Of a DNA stretch of 64,000 nucleotides, positions 1 through 10,657 are shown in pieces. The translations under genes and the position numbers were made by a program. Source of the stretch: Candidatus Poribacteria bacterium. Lineage in GTDB: Bacteria > Poribacteria > WGA-4E > WGA-3G. Below the pieces are notes generated by a model that was not told the DNA's origin, ran no database searches, and worked only from the letters and a program-made list of their open reading frames with translations. How positions within the stretch are numbered: the stretch's first letter is position 1; every line of letters begins with the position of its first letter. The stretch spans positions 3,138,930 to 3,202,929 of the forward strand of contig OY764073.1 in assembly GCA_963668035.1 (NCBI GenBank), given 5' to 3'.

Positions 1-6
1 GGACTT

Positions 7-342
7 ATGGACGCAGGTACATTGGCAGAAATGAAACTGTTTACAAATACTGTGGAGCAGAATTTTGCAATAAAAAAGCCCGAAGGAGACGCGCGGCGTG
101 TCAATTTAGACGCAGGTTATCTCTGTTTGGCAAAGTTGGTGCTTGCATCAACGAAGGATCACGCGCACCGTATCTATCTCTGTGATGGCATTTACGCCGA
201 AATTACACTCCGCTTTTATCGTAAAACGTTCCAACCGTGGGAATGGAGCTACCCAGACTACCGGTTACCAGAGTATATCGCTATTTTTAACCACATTCGC
301 CAAATCTATAGGAAGCAATTAGAAAATGCAGAAATTCCTTGA
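7..342 (+). CDS. Hypothetical protein, DUF4416-like. Possibly N-terminally truncated by the window edge.
   Basis: ORF 7..342. Motifs GYLCLAKLVLASTKDHAHRIYL...GIYAEITL were recalled as typical of DUF4416 proteins; this was not verified. Confidence 0.45.
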   Translation: MDAGTLAEMKLFTNTVEQNFAIKKPEGDARRVNLDAGYLCLAKLVLASTKDHAHRIYLCDGIYAEITLRFYRKTFQPWEWSYPDYRLPEYIAIFNHIRQIYRKQLENAEIP

Positions 343-1582
343 AAAGATGCAAGAATCCTTATTTCGGTTAGGAAAGAGGCACTATGCTACGAAGAAACAC
401 AGCCTAACAGGCTATGCTACGAAGAAACACAGCCTAACAGGCTATGCTACGAAAATTTTGCTGCTTGTCGTTCTTATCGGTATTTTGGGGGCACATTCCG
501 GACATAGTGCCGACACTGAAACTGTACCAGCAGACACCCGTGCGCGGGCCCGCGACATCGGTATCCAAATCGGGACCCTTCCGACAGGTACGCACAACGC
601 TATTACCGATGTTGCTGGCGTGAAGGTCGGACATGTCACCTTGAATGAAGGCGATTCCATTCGCACCGGTGTCACTGCCGTGATTCCGAGCGATAATATT
701 TGGACAGCGCGGCTGTTCGGCGCGGCCTACACCATCCACGGCAACGGTGAAGTGACCGGCATCGCCCGCATTAACCAAGCCGGATGGATTGAATCCCCTA
801 TTTTGCTCACAAATACACTCAGCGTCGGCGCAGTCCATGATGGCGTTGTGCGTTACATTGTGAAACGGTATCCTGATAACAACATTGTGCTGCCGATTGT
901 CGCTGAGTGCTACGATGGCGGTTTGAACGACATCAGTGGTCTCCATGTTACAGCACAACACGCCATTGAAGCCATTGAAAACGCCACCAGTGGTCCGGTA
1001 ACCGAAGGCTGCGTCGGGGGCGGCACCGGCATGCGGTGCTACGGGTTCAAAGCCGGTATCGGCACAGCTTCGCGTGTTCTCCCTGAAGACTGGGGCGGTT
1101 GGACAGTCGGTGTCCTCGTTAATTCCAACGGTGGGCGGCGGCATCAATTGCGGATTGATGGCGTTCCGGTCGGAAAAGAGATTACTGGGTCCCCACCGAA
1201 ACCGACCAGAGACGGCTCATTTATTATTGTTATCGCCACAGATGCACCGCTCACACACCGTCAATTGAAACAGTTGGCGATTCGCGCAACACACGGACTC
1301 GCCCGTACAGGGACTCCTAGTACAGATGGGAGTGGCGAATTCGTCATCGCGTTCTCCACTGCGAATATCTTTCCACGCAGGACCGAAACCGGCACCTTTG
1401 AAATAAAAATACTCGTCAATGGACGTTTGAGTGCCCTCTTCCAAGCGGTTATTGAAGCCACAGAGGAGGCTATTGTTAACTCAATGACAATGGCAACAAC
1501 AACCACCGGGCGCAACGGTAGAACGATGTACGCGATTCCGTTGGCTGAATTACAAAAGGTGATGCAAGCTTATGGGCACTAA
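326..1582 (+). CDS. S58/P1-family peptidase (DmpA-type L-aminopeptidase/D-amino-acid amidase-like), with an N-terminal signal peptide.
   Basis: Motifs [30 protein letters not shown] and [13 protein letters not shown] plus a conserved Gly/Thr-rich core. The start is uncertain (ATG at 326 or 347). The hydrophobic segment [20 protein letters not shown] follows the tandem repeat. Confidence 0.75.
   Translation: MQKFLEKMQESLFRLGKRHYATKKHSLTGYATKKHSLTGYATKILLLVVLIGILGAHSGHSADTETVPADTRARARDIGIQIGTLPTGTHNAITDVAGVKVGHVTLNEGDSIRTGVTAVIPSDNIWTARLFGAAYTIHGNGEVTGIARINQAGWIESPILLTNTLSVGAVHDGVVRYIVKRYPDNNIVLPIVAECYDGGLNDISGLHVTAQHAIEAIENATSGPVTEGCVGGGTGMRCYGFKAGIGTASRVLPEDWGGWTVGVLVNSNGGRRHQLRIDGVPVGKEITGSPPKPTRDGSFIIVIATDAPLTHRQLKQLAIRATHGLARTGTPSTDGSGEFVIAFSTANIFPRRTETGTFEIKILVNGRLSALFQAVIEATEEAIVNSMTMATTTTGRNGRTMYAIPLAELQKVMQAYGH
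374..463 (+). repeat. Perfect 30-bp direct tandem repeat (ctatgctacgaagaaacacagcctaacagg), about 2.5 copies, in-frame inside the 5' end of the peptidase ORF.
   Basis: Seen directly. It translates to [25 protein letters not shown], ahead of the hydrophobic signal core. Confidence 0.85.
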
Positions 1583-3720
1583 GCCGAGTGAATGGGATTC
1601 GTCCCCGGGGCAAGGGCTTCAGGCACTACCTCGTAGTGTGAAAATTCCAATGTAAACGCGCCCCGTCCTTGCGTCATTGAACGGAGATGAGTTGTGTATT
1701 GAAAGGTCTCTGACAATGGGATAAAGGCGTTGACAACATTCTGTGTGAATTGCGATGCGCGCCCTATATCGGCGGTATCTTGCGTCGTGCTCTCGTTAAT
1801 TTGGGCGCGGCGTGAATTTAGATCGCCGATCACCTTGCCGACATGTTCATCAGGAACAGTAATATGTATCTGCATAATCGGCTCTAAGAGCAAAGGGTTC
1901 GCTTTTCTGACCGCGTTTTCAAATGCGAGGGATGCTGCCGCTTCAAACGCTACTTCCGAGGAATCCGTGGCGTGATAGGAGCCACCCGCGAGTGTTACCT
2001 TCACATCCTGCATCGGATAGCCGATGCGGGGCCCTGTTCCCATCGCACCTTCCAACGCCTTCTCAATACAGGGGATATAGTGCCGCGGAATCTGTGTCTC
2101 GTCGGTGTTATCTTCAAACTGAAATCCGTCGTTGCGTTCTAACGGTTCAACCGTGAGCAGCACATCGCCGTAGATGCCTTCTTCGTCGGTTTTATGGATA
2201 TGTGTGCCGCGCGCCTCCGCTACGGTGCTGATAGTCTCGCGATATGCCACTTGGAGTTTGCTCACCCGCGCGTTAACCCCAAATTCACGGACCATTCTGT
2301 CGGTCAAAATCTCCAAATGCAGCTCGCCCATCCCGGAGATAATGCGCTGTCCGGTCTCTTTATCGATCCCGACAGTAAAGGTCGGGTCTTCGTCCATCAA
2401 TTTTTCGAGGGTCTCCTCTAATGCATCCGCATCGCTTGCCCGCTCAGGCTCTATCGCAATAGAGATAACTGGATCCGGGAACGTGATAGATTCTAACAGA
2501 ATTGGTGCTTTTGCATCCGTCACGGTATCCCCGGTTTTGGTATCCTTCAACCCAACGAGTGCGACAATATCACCCGCGTAAGCCGCATCGGACACCGCCT
2601 CTTTATTGGCGTGCATCTGCAAAATCCGATTGACACGCTCTCTTTTCTCGGCACGGACGTTATAGATTGCCGCCCCGCGCCGAAGCGTGCCGGAATAGAC
2701 GCGGCAATAGACGAGTTTGTCTACTGTAGGGTGGCTTGCGACTTTAAATGCCAACGCTGAAAAGGGGGCAGTATCGTCAGCGGGACGCGTTATTTTGGCT
2801 TCCGCATCGGTTTTGGCAGGCGCCCTGTTAGAAGTCGGCTGGGGTGCAGTTCCTTCAATGGGCGGCACATCAATAGGCGATGGCAAAAAATCGATGACTG
2901 CATCAAGCAGCGGCTGAACGCCCTGATTCTTCAAAGAACTCCCACACAGCACCGGCACCAATGTGCCGCTGAGTGTCGCTGTGCGCAGAGTCGTTAATAA
3001 TTCGTCCTGCGTAATTTCTTCGCCGTTCAAGTATTTCTCAAGCAGTATCTCGTCTTCAACGGCGACATTCTCAAAAAGGGTTTCCCGTGCTTGATTGACT
3101 TCATCCTGAAATTCCGCTGGAATCTCCGTCTCTGAATAGGTCTGTCCTTGGTCTGCTGCGTCCCAATGCATCGCCTTTTGTGTTACCAGATCGATAACGC
3201 CGGCAAAGTCCGTCCCTTCACCGATCGGCAATTGGAGGGGCAGTGGGTTCGCGCCTAACCGTTCTTTCATCATCTCCAGAACGCGTGCGAAATTCGCGCC
3301 GACCCTATCCATCTTATTGACAAAAACAATGCGTGGGACACTGTAGCGTTCCGCCTGATGCCAGACGGTTTCTGACTGGGGTTCCACGCCACCGACGGCA
3401 CAGAATAGTGCAATTGCCCCATCCAGGACCCGCAGGGAACGCTCTACCTCTACTGTGAAATCGACATGTCCGGGTGTATCAATGAGGTGAATTGCGTGTT
3501 CACGCCAGAAACAGGTTGTTGCGGCAGCAGTAATTGTCACGCCGCGTTCGCGTTCTTGCACCATCCAATCCATTTCAGCGGTGCCATCATCTACCGCACC
3601 GATCTTATGTTTTTTGCCGGTGTAGAAAAGGATGCGTTCCGTTGTCGTGGTTTTGCCTGCATCAATGTGCGCTGCAATGCCGATATTGCGCACATTTTCA
3701 ATCGAATATTCGCGTGCCAT
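1579..3720 (-). CDS. fusA: Elongation factor G paralog (EF-G/EF-G2-like translational GTPase).
   Basis: Starts [35 protein letters not shown] and carries DTPGHVDF and NKMD G-motifs with the full five-domain length. The start was set at the internal ATG (3720), not the ORF-track N-extension. It is not embedded in a str operon. Confidence 0.9.
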   Translation of the reverse strand: MAREYSIENVRNIGIAAHIDAGKTTTTERILFYTGKKHKIGAVDDGTAEMDWMVQERERGVTITAAATTCFWREHAIHLIDTPGHVDFTVEVERSLRVLDGAIALFCAVGGVEPQSETVWHQAERYSVPRIVFVNKMDRVGANFARVLEMMKERLGANPLPLQLPIGEGTDFAGVIDLVTQKAMHWDAADQGQTYSETEIPAEFQDEVNQARETLFENVAVEDEILLEKYLNGEEITQDELLTTLRTATLSGTLVPVLCGSSLKNQGVQPLLDAVIDFLPSPIDVPPIEGTAPQPTSNRAPAKTDAEAKITRPADDTAPFSALAFKVASHPTVDKLVYCRVYSGTLRRGAAIYNVRAEKRERVNRILQMHANKEAVSDAAYAGDIVALVGLKDTKTGDTVTDAKAPILLESITFPDPVISIAIEPERASDADALEETLEKLMDEDPTFTVGIDKETGQRIISGMGELHLEILTDRMVREFGVNARVSKLQVAYRETISTVAEARGTHIHKTDEEGIYGDVLLTVEPLERNDGFQFEDNTDETQIPRHYIPCIEKALEGAMGTGPRIGYPMQDVKVTLAGGSYHATDSSEVAFEAAASLAFENAVRKANPLLLEPIMQIHITVPDEHVGKVIGDLNSRRAQINESTTQDTADIGRASQFTQNVVNAFIPLSETFQYTTHLRSMTQGRGAFTLEFSHYEVVPEALAPGTNPIHSA

Positions 3721-4729
3721 CTTTTTCCTTCGGAGTGTCGTTCCACTGAAGAACAACACCGAGTAAACCGGGGTTCCATTCCATGAGCAGTTGATATGCC
3801 TTCGGTGCCTCTTCGCCGGGAACACGGTGACTAATCAGCGGCGCAACGTTGAATCGCTTTTCTGCGATAAGGGATAACAGCAATAGACTGTCATCTTCAA
3901 GCGTCCAGTAGTTGGGTGAGGATTCTTGGAGCGGGCGGATAGCGTTATGCGCCCCGTAAAGGATAAGTCCTTTTTTATGCACATCCCGATAGAAGTTCAC
4001 CTTCGGTGTTTCGCCGCGTGTGCTCGCCAACAGCACCACGCGGGCACCCCAGCCTGCTACATCTAAGGCAGTGCTAATTCCGTCCGGATGTCCCGTCGCC
4101 TCAATCACAACAGCTGGTCCATCGCCTCTTGTAGCATCCCTTAACTGCTCAGAGAAATTAGCATCTTCTGGGTTGAAGGTATCATCTGCGCCCATGCTTT
4201 TAGAGATTTCGAGGCGACTATCGGTAAGGTCTGCGGCGATAAGTGGCGTTGCGCCACTGAGTTTTGAGAGTTGCATCGCCAATAAACCGATGAGTCCTTG
4301 TCCCAAAACCAGTGTGGCTTCTCCGAGTTCAATGCGCGCCTTTCGGACCCCTTGTAATGCGATCGCGCCGAGATTAAAAAAGACTGCTTCTTCGGCGGGA
4401 ACATCAGTCGATGGTACTTTAAGCAAACGATTCGGAGCGGTTACAAAATGACTGGTGTGTCCGTGTGTTGAAGCGACGCGTTCACCTACTTGACAGTTCG
4501 TAACCGCTTTCCCGCTTGCTATCACTGTGCCGATGTTGCTGTACCCCGGACGGGATGGATATCGTCCTTGTGCATTTGGGAGTCCTAATAAAAACGCGCG
4601 TTCCGTGCCGGGACTGATAAGCGTACAGTCTGTAGCGACGAGGACTTCATCGTCTCCGATAGGGGGTAATGTAAATGTCTCAATATCGACGTTGGCGCGA
4701 CTCGGCCAAACAACGCGTTGGGCTTTCAT
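3698..4729 (-). CDS. Medium-chain dehydrogenase/reductase family oxidoreductase (zinc-type alcohol dehydrogenase-like; the canonical Zn ligands are not obvious).
   Basis: Rossmann motif [13 protein letters not shown] and an MDR-like N-terminal catalytic domain. It overlaps the fusA start by 23 nt. Confidence 0.65.
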   Translation of the reverse strand: MKAQRVVWPSRANVDIETFTLPPIGDDEVLVATDCTLISPGTERAFLLGLPNAQGRYPSRPGYSNIGTVIASGKAVTNCQVGERVASTHGHTSHFVTAPNRLLKVPSTDVPAEEAVFFNLGAIALQGVRKARIELGEATLVLGQGLIGLLAMQLSKLSGATPLIAADLTDSRLEISKSMGADDTFNPEDANFSEQLRDATRGDGPAVVIEATGHPDGISTALDVAGWGARVVLLASTRGETPKVNFYRDVHKKGLILYGAHNAIRPLQESSPNYWTLEDDSLLLLSLIAEKRFNVAPLISHRVPGEEAPKAYQLLMEWNPGLLGVVLQWNDTPKEKDGTRIFD

Positions 4730-4828
4730 GAAAATCGAACCTTATTAATAGTGGATAATTGTTTTTCGGCAGTATAGCATAAAGCCAACTATCCGTCAAG
4801 TGTTAATCCGCGAATGGCACAGTGCTAA

Positions 4829-6439
4829 CTACCGATCAGAGGTCCGAACATTTAGGGTAATATAGTCCCCGCCGCGTCCATCTGGCAATCTGACATAAAG
4901 GAGTATACGGCTTTTGTTTTCCGCTTTCAGTTGCTCGGCGACGCGGGCATAAGCCTTAGCGTCGTCAATCGGCATCCATTCCATTTCTTGGATGAGGTAT
5001 CCGGGTTTGATACCTTCTTTCTCTGCGTTACTGCCGCGTTCAACCTCGGTGACGACAACGCCTTTCTCTTCAGGAGAATGACCGTAACGTTCAGCAAGTT
5101 CAGGAGTCAAGTTTTGGACGTGGATCCCTGCCAACGCTCCTTGGTGTTCCTCTTGGCGTTCGCCTTCAAGTGCCGCGAGGGTTTCCGCTGTGCGTCTCCC
5201 CAATTTAACAGTCAACCGTTTTTCATCGTCTCCCTTTCGGAGAACTGTCACCTCAACAGATGTGCCGACGACTGTCGCGCCGACAATATGCCGTAGGTGA
5301 TTCAAGTCTCGGACTTGCTGCCCATCAAAGGTGAGGATGACATCGCCGCGTTGGATGCCTGCTTTTTCGGCAGGACTTTTCATACCGACGACTTTAACGA
5401 GGACTCCCCGGGGCTGGTCAAGGTTCAGTTTCTCCGCCAACTCAGTACTAACTTCACCCATACTAATGCCGAGCCAACCGCGTTCCACCTTACCGTTTTC
5501 TATCAGTTGTGGCAAAATCTGCTTTGCCATGTTACTCGGAATAGCAAAACTGATTCCGATATTCCCCATCGTAGCGCCGCTGGTAGCAATAAAAGTATTA
5601 ATGCCGACTAATTCGCCCCGAATGTTAATCAGCGCACCGCCGCTATTGCCTCGGTTAATCGGTGCGTCGGTTTGTATGAACTGGCCATAAGCCGTAAATC
5701 CGATTCTGTCCTTCGCGCTCACAATGCCGCGCGTCACAGTTTGTGAGTAATTCAGTGGCGTGCCGATAGCGATAACCCACTCGCCAACTTCAAGCACATC
5801 GGAATCGCCGAACCGCAGGGTTGGAAGATTATCGGCATCAATTTTAATAACTGCCAAATCGCTGCCCCCGACATCACTGCCTGCATCATCACGTCCGATT
5901 AACTCGGCTGTATACTCTTCACCGTCCGCTAAAGTGACCTTAATCTCGTCAGCACGCTCGATAACATGATTATTCGTAAGAATATAACCATCTTCACTGA
6001 TAATTACTCCAGACCCGATACCTGTGGTGGGCTCTGGATTCGGATTGCGCTCGCGCGGGAGAGATTCCCAAAAGCGTCTAAACAATTCTTCTTCCTCAGG
6101 TGTGAGCTGATCTCTACGGAAAAAAGGGGCAAAAGGATTGTCTCCCTCGGGTATCGGCAGCACTCTTCGTGTTGTTACAGTTCTTCTCGGTTTTGCTTCT
6201 GTCGTAATTTGCACGACAGCGGGACGCGTACGCGCGACCAAATCGATAAACGCTCGATTGGCACGTGCCAAGTGCTGAAAATCTTCCGAGTTTTCAAGTG
6301 TTTCGTCCGTTTGCCCGATTGCTGTCTGTACCCTGAACTCATCAGTATCCCAACTGATGACGATCCCTGCTACGACGACAAATGCTGCTAAGATTAATAG
6401 GAGCCTTATCGGGTGGCGAAGTGTGTTTCTGAATTTCAT
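4829..6439 (-). CDS. htrA: Periplasmic serine endoprotease HtrA/DegP (trypsin-like domain plus two PDZ domains).
   Basis: Motifs TNNHVI and GNSGGAL(I/V)N mark a catalytic triad context, with PDZ-like C-terminal repeats. The start was set at ATG 6439 (MKFRNTLRHPIRLLLILAAF signal/TM), preceded by GGAGG. Confidence 0.9.
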   Translation of the reverse strand: MKFRNTLRHPIRLLLILAAFVVVAGIVISWDTDEFRVQTAIGQTDETLENSEDFQHLARANRAFIDLVARTRPAVVQITTEAKPRRTVTTRRVLPIPEGDNPFAPFFRRDQLTPEEEELFRRFWESLPRERNPNPEPTTGIGSGVIISEDGYILTNNHVIERADEIKVTLADGEEYTAELIGRDDAGSDVGGSDLAVIKIDADNLPTLRFGDSDVLEVGEWVIAIGTPLNYSQTVTRGIVSAKDRIGFTAYGQFIQTDAPINRGNSGGALINIRGELVGINTFIATSGATMGNIGISFAIPSNMAKQILPQLIENGKVERGWLGISMGEVSTELAEKLNLDQPRGVLVKVVGMKSPAEKAGIQRGDVILTFDGQQVRDLNHLRHIVGATVVGTSVEVTVLRKGDDEKRLTVKLGRRTAETLAALEGERQEEHQGALAGIHVQNLTPELAERYGHSPEEKGVVVTEVERGSNAEKEGIKPGYLIQEMEWMPIDDAKAYARVAEQLKAENKSRILLYVRLPDGRGGDYITLNVRTSDR

Positions 6440-6753
6440 GGTATAAACCTCCAGTATATTTAACCTAAGTTGCCACCTATTGATAGACATAGCACTCCTA
6501 CGGAGTGCGGTCGCTTAGATACACCGTTTCTATAGACATATCACCCCTACGGGGTGAGGAAAGTGCCTGACAAGTCTTGTGAAAACGTTAAAAACTTGTT
6601 AGTAGCAACTTGGGTTATATTTATTAGCGAAAGTTCCGATCTTGGAGATGACCGGAATCATTTTTTAATTTTTTCTGCTTCCGTTCTAAACACACACCTA
6701 TTGGAGAAAAAAGTTGCAAAAAAGTTCAAAAAAATGCATTGGGTGCGGTCTAT

Positions 6754-7104
6754 TCATTCCCGATTTGAAATTCGATCTACGTGTTCACGGACAATATGTT
6801 GCGGACATAATTTAATAAAGACCCATGCGCCGGGTACCAAGATCAGAAAAGCCCCAACAAAGAGGTCGTCAGCCCAACCGACGATGGGGAGAAAATCAAA
6901 GTCGAGGGGATTCACCAAGTAGGCAATCGCGAAGATAATCGCCAAGAATTCGGCGACAATAAGGATCGCCTTCCGATAGATAGGCACGCGCTCATCGAAA
7001 AACAGCCGCCACGTCAATTTGACGAAATTCGGGAGATGAAGGAGTAGGCGGAAAAGTTTAAAGGGGCCTCGCTTTTTACCGCCAAAGAAAAAAGGATTTA
7101 TCAT
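6754..7104 (-). CDS. DUF1232/YkvA-like small membrane protein.
   Basis: GGKKRGPFKLFRLLL...DFLPIVGWADDLFVGAFLIL resembles the DUF1232 signature. Confidence 0.55.
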   Translation of the reverse strand: MINPFFFGGKKRGPFKLFRLLLHLPNFVKLTWRLFFDERVPIYRKAILIVAEFLAIIFAIAYLVNPLDFDFLPIVGWADDLFVGAFLILVPGAWVFIKLCPQHIVREHVDRISNRE

Positions 7105-7267
7105 AATCTTAGATTTATCAAAACCGTACGAAAATAACGCATATATAGTATTTTGGTTAACAGTTTAATTCATTTTAGCATATCATTCAAGTTTTTATAT
7201 TGATAAAAAGATAACATGCACTGAAACGGAAGTCAAGTGAAAAGGAAAGCTGGATTCTGATAATGTC

Positions 7268-7296
7268 TTGACTTGTAAACTCTATTTTGATATACT
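7268..7296 (+). promoter_or_regulatory. Putative sigma70 promoter TTGACT-17-TATACT upstream of the sugar-phosphate isomerase gene.
   Basis: ttgact (7268-7273), a 17-nt spacer, then tatact (7291-7296). RBS AAGGAG lies at 7323-7328. Confidence 0.4.
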
Positions 7297-7333
7297 ATCC
7301 GAAAATAGCATGAGCCAATAATAAGGAGTCATT

Positions 7334-8119
7334 ATGGCAACACAAAACGCGCGCTCTGCGAAACAGATCGCAGCACAACTTTATACTGTTAGAGAATTTA
7401 CCAAAACTGAGGCGGATATTGCCGAAACAATGAAAAAGGTTCGGCAACTCGGTTACGAAGCGGTGCAATGCTCCGCACTCGGTCCGATTGAACCCGCAGC
7501 CCTGAAAAATATCGTCGACGGTGAGGGTATCAGTATCATCGCAACGCATACCAGCTACCAACGGATGCGCGATGAACCGCAATCTGTCATTGATGAACAT
7601 CAATTATGGGGCTGTAAACATGCCGCAATCGGTGGATTGCCCGGTGAATACCGGTCTGCTGAGGGATACGCCACATTTGCGAAAGAGGCATCCGAAGTCG
7701 CAGCACGGCTCGCCGAAGGCGGTTTGACCTTTTCTTATCATAACCATAGCTTCGAGCTGGAACGCTATAACGGACGGACGGGCTTAGAGATTTTGTACGC
7801 CGAAAGCGATCCGAACTATTTTAAAAGCGAACTGGATACCTATTGGATTCAGCACGGTGGTGGCGACCCTGCGGAATGGGTACGTCAGTTGAAAGGACGT
7901 GCCGACATCATTCATCTCAAGGACATGGCGATGCAAGGCTCTACACAACGCTTTGCGGAAATCGGTGAAGGCAATCTTAATTGGGCTGCCATTTTAAATG
8001 CGTGTCTTTATGCAGGCGTTGAATGGTATATTATCGAGCAGGATAGCTGTTACGAACGCGATCCGTTTGAAAGTTTAGGCATCAGCTTGAATAACCTGAA
8101 AGAGATGGGTTTCGCGTAG
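7334..8119 (+). CDS. Sugar phosphate isomerase/epimerase (xylose-isomerase-like TIM barrel).
   Basis: AP-endonuclease-2/xylose-isomerase-like TIM-barrel signature (AAQLYTVREF..., conserved His/Glu/Asp spacing) and a ~260 aa length. Confidence 0.75.
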   Translation: MATQNARSAKQIAAQLYTVREFTKTEADIAETMKKVRQLGYEAVQCSALGPIEPAALKNIVDGEGISIIATHTSYQRMRDEPQSVIDEHQLWGCKHAAIGGLPGEYRSAEGYATFAKEASEVAARLAEGGLTFSYHNHSFELERYNGRTGLEILYAESDPNYFKSELDTYWIQHGGGDPAEWVRQLKGRADIIHLKDMAMQGSTQRFAEIGEGNLNWAAILNACLYAGVEWYIIEQDSCYERDPFESLGISLNNLKEMGFA

Positions 8120-8170
8120 CGGCGTAGATGGGATGCTGCATTGAGATGGGGGCGGGGGACCCGATTAAGA

Positions 8171-8297
8171 TTGGAGCGGGAAACCCGCCCCTTACGCAAG
8201 AAAACATAAACCCACAATGTGATAGTCAATGAAATCGGAGCGGGAAACCCGCCCCCTACGCAAGAAAACATAAGCACACAATGTGATAGTCAATTTT
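8171..8297 (+). repeat. Two tandem ~63-bp direct repeats, each with a GAGCGGG-AAA-CCCGCCC hairpin, immediately upstream of the tRNA-Pro promoter.
   Basis: Units 8171-8233 and 8234-8297 differ at only a few positions. A partial copy (ggggcgggggacccg) sits at 8147-8165. Confidence 0.8.
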
Positions 8298-8299
8298 TA

Positions 8300-8328
8300 T
8301 TTGACTTTGCGATAACTTAATGATACAA
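8300..8328 (+). promoter_or_regulatory. Putative sigma70 promoter TTGACT-17-TACAAT for tRNA-Pro.
   Basis: ttgact 8300-8305, a 17-nt spacer, then tacaat 8323-8328. This is about 22 nt upstream of the tRNA 5' end. Confidence 0.45.
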
Positions 8329-8349
8329 TTAAATGGATTAATTCTCTAT

Positions 8350-8423
8350 AACGGGGCGTGGCGCAGCCCGGAAGCGCGCTTGAATGGGGTTCAAGAGGTC
8401 GCTGGTTCGAATCCAGTCGCCCC
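8350..8423 (+). tRNA. tRNA-Pro (anticodon GGG).
   Basis: Hand-folded cloverleaf. Acceptor stem cggggcg/cgccccg, D stem gcgc/gcgc, anticodon stem cttga/tcaag, loop aTGGGGt with U33. T arm gctgg-ttcgaat-ccagt, discriminator A. The CCA is not encoded. Confidence 0.85.
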
Positions 8424-8488
8424 GATCTCTGATATGCAATTCGGTTTGTCAGCACGGCAAACGACAAGGAAAGGAGGGAGCTGTAATA

Positions 8489-9811
8489 GTGGATAAATCG
8501 CACGTTAATGTTGGCATCTTAGGATGGGGCACTGTCGGCACAGGGGTCTCCAAAATCCTACTAAATCAGAACGCCCTCATCGCCAAAAACAGTCGCATCG
8601 AATTATGTCTAAAAAAAATAGTCAAACGGACACTCCCTGCGACGCGCGACGGCGTTCAACTGCCTGCGGATTGTCTGACAACGAATCCCGCCGAGGTCGT
8701 TGACAATCCGGATATTGATATTGTCGTAGAGTTAATTGGTGGTGTCACGGAAGCGCACGCGCTCATTAGTCGTGCCATCCGAAACGGCAAACATGTCGTC
8801 ACAGCGAATAAAGCCCTCCTGGCAGAACACGGAGGCGAATTGTTCCAACTCGCTTCAGAGCATCAAGTTAGCCTCAATTTTGAAGCCAGTACAGCAGGTG
8901 GCATCCCGATTATCAAAACACTTCAAGAGAGCTTCGCTGGCAACCAAATCCGTTCCCTCTATGGCATTGTAAACGGAACGTGTAACTACATTTTAACCGA
9001 GATGCACGAACGGAGTGTTGACTTCTCGGACATCCTCAAAGTCGCGCAAGATAAAGGCTATGCCGAAGCCGATCCAACGCTTGATGTTGAAGGGATTGAT
9101 GCCGCGCAGAAACTCATTCTCCTGATCGCGCTTGCCTATCGGAGCAATATTTCACTTTCACAATTTCACGTTGAAGGTATCAGCAGTATCACCCAAAAAG
9201 AGATCCAATATGCGCGCGAACTCGGTTACGTTATTAAGCTGCTCGCTATTGCGAAGTTAAGCACTGGCAACCGTGTAGAGGCGCGCGTCCATCCGACGCT
9301 TGTGCCGGAGCGTAGTCTATTAGCAAACGTCGGCGGTGCCTTCAATGCAGTCTGTGTCATCGGTGACGCGGTCGGTCCCACCCTTTTTTATGGACAAGGT
9401 GCGGGTGAGATGCCGACGGCGAGTGCGGTCGTTGCAGATATTATTGATGCTGGGAAATCCGTGAAACAAGGTGTAAGCACGCCAATTTCGCGAGCGTGGC
9501 TTGCTGGTGCGCAAGCAGAAGTTGATGTCTCTCCGATTGACGATATAGAGACGCGCTACTATCTCCGTTTTGTCGTTGCGGATCGTCCGGGGGTGCTCGC
9601 AAAAATCGGTACTATCTTGGGGAACTGGCAAATTAGTATCGCCTCTGTCATCCAAAAGGATCCGCACGGTATGGAGACCGTATCGCTCGTTATGTTGACC
9701 CACACTGCGCGGGAGAAGAATATGAAAGCAGCACTCGCGGAGATCCATACGCTTGAAGCCGTGAAAGGGGATACACAACTCATTAGAATTGAAGAAGAAG
9801 TCGATTTTTAG
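8489..9811 (+). CDS. hom: Homoserine dehydrogenase with a C-terminal ACT domain.
   Basis: NAD-binding [14 protein letters not shown], a homoserine dehydrogenase catalytic domain, and a C-terminal ACT motif ([23 protein letters not shown]). GTG start at 8489 follows RBS AAGGAGGGAG. The upstream ORF-track extension overlaps the tRNA and was rejected. Confidence 0.9.
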   Translation: MDKSHVNVGILGWGTVGTGVSKILLNQNALIAKNSRIELCLKKIVKRTLPATRDGVQLPADCLTTNPAEVVDNPDIDIVVELIGGVTEAHALISRAIRNGKHVVTANKALLAEHGGELFQLASEHQVSLNFEASTAGGIPIIKTLQESFAGNQIRSLYGIVNGTCNYILTEMHERSVDFSDILKVAQDKGYAEADPTLDVEGIDAAQKLILLIALAYRSNISLSQFHVEGISSITQKEIQYARELGYVIKLLAIAKLSTGNRVEARVHPTLVPERSLLANVGGAFNAVCVIGDAVGPTLFYGQGAGEMPTASAVVADIIDAGKSVKQGVSTPISRAWLAGAQAEVDVSPIDDIETRYYLRFVVADRPGVLAKIGTILGNWQISIASVIQKDPHGMETVSLVMLTHTAREKNMKAALAEIHTLEAVKGDTQLIRIEEEVDF

Positions 9812-9825
9812 AAGGACAATTGAAC

Positions 9826-10371
9826 ATGAAGGAAGGCATAAGAGATTCGTTAGTGTTCGACATGAAAGACTTTCGAAACGAGGATTTCAAGGAATACGAG
9901 GCACTTGTGCTGCCCGCGCCTCTCGGTTTGGACTATGAGGAGGTAGAGTTTTCTAACGCCCTCTCTTGTGCGGTCCGCCTGTTTCGTCAAGGCGACGACA
10001 ATGTCTATGTAACGGCGGATATTGAAACGAAAATTTTAGTGGAATGCGGACGCTGTATCACCCCGGTTGATATAGACATAACGACAACGTTTGAACTGCT
10101 ATTCTCTATCAGTAGCGAGTCGTCAGAAGAGAGTGAAGCGGATGAGCGATACTTTGATGGGGAAACATTAGATATTTCAGACGATGTTCGGCAGGCGATT
10201 GTCCTTGAAATACCGGCATGGCCGCTCTGTTCGGAAACATGCGAAGGGTTATGTCCACAATGCGGCGCGGACCTCAATATTAGCGCGTGTTCCTGCGAAC
10301 CAACGGATGAAGCATCATTATCTACCTCTAATCCGTTTTCGGTTCTGTCGAAAATGCTTGAGGATAATTGA
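9826..10371 (+). CDS. yceD: YceD/DUF177 family protein (large-subunit rRNA accumulation protein; usually precedes rpmF).
   Basis: Acidic protein with a C-terminal CxxC...CPQCG motif, positioned directly upstream of rpmF. It could instead start at TTG 9820. Confidence 0.8.
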   Translation: MKEGIRDSLVFDMKDFRNEDFKEYEALVLPAPLGLDYEEVEFSNALSCAVRLFRQGDDNVYVTADIETKILVECGRCITPVDIDITTTFELLFSISSESSEESEADERYFDGETLDISDDVRQAIVLEIPAWPLCSETCEGLCPQCGADLNISACSCEPTDEASLSTSNPFSVLSKMLEDN

Positions 10372-10403
10372 GGTTCTTATAGTAAAGAAAAAGGAGATGA
10401 TCC

Positions 10404-10589
10404 ATGGCGCATCCAAAACGGAAAACGTCAAAATCGAAAAAGAGAATGCGGCGGAGCCATCACGCGCTCCATGATAAAGTTACCAGTGTCTGTTCATATT
10501 GCGGAGAAACGATTGTTTCTCATCGTGTCTGCTCTGAGTGTGGACATTATAACGGACGACCTGTGCTAAAATCCACTGACGAGGCGTAG
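10404..10589 (+). CDS. rpmF: 50S ribosomal protein L32.
   Basis: MAHPKRKTSKSKKRMRRSHH..CxxCG...CxxCG zinc ribbon, with RBS AAGGAG. Confidence 0.95.
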   Translation: MAHPKRKTSKSKKRMRRSHHALHDKVTSVCSYCGETIVSHRVCSECGHYNGRPVLKSTDEA

Positions 10590-10657
10590 ATAAGGTATCG
10601 GTCAGAAACATCGATTGCCTTTACTGCAAGTTTCGGCAAAACGCCAAGAGAGACCTA

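Noticed and set aside
434-1147. 237 aa antisense ORF (and others such as 1074..1268, 1217..1444) inside the peptidase gene
   Set aside because: It lies entirely within, and opposite to, a well-supported homologous CDS. The amino-acid composition is GC-frame-artefact-like and no motifs are present.
3721-3825. N-terminal extension of the EF-G ORF ([10 protein letters not shown]...)
   Set aside because: Conserved EF-G N-terminus begins at MAREYS (ATG 3720). The extension would overlap the upstream dehydrogenase coding sequence.
8384-8488. Upstream extension of the hom ORF ([15 protein letters not shown]...) and antisense ORF 8297..8503
   Set aside because: Both run through the tRNA-Pro gene. 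A GTG start at 8489 with a strong RBS gives the canonical homoserine dehydrogenase N-terminus.
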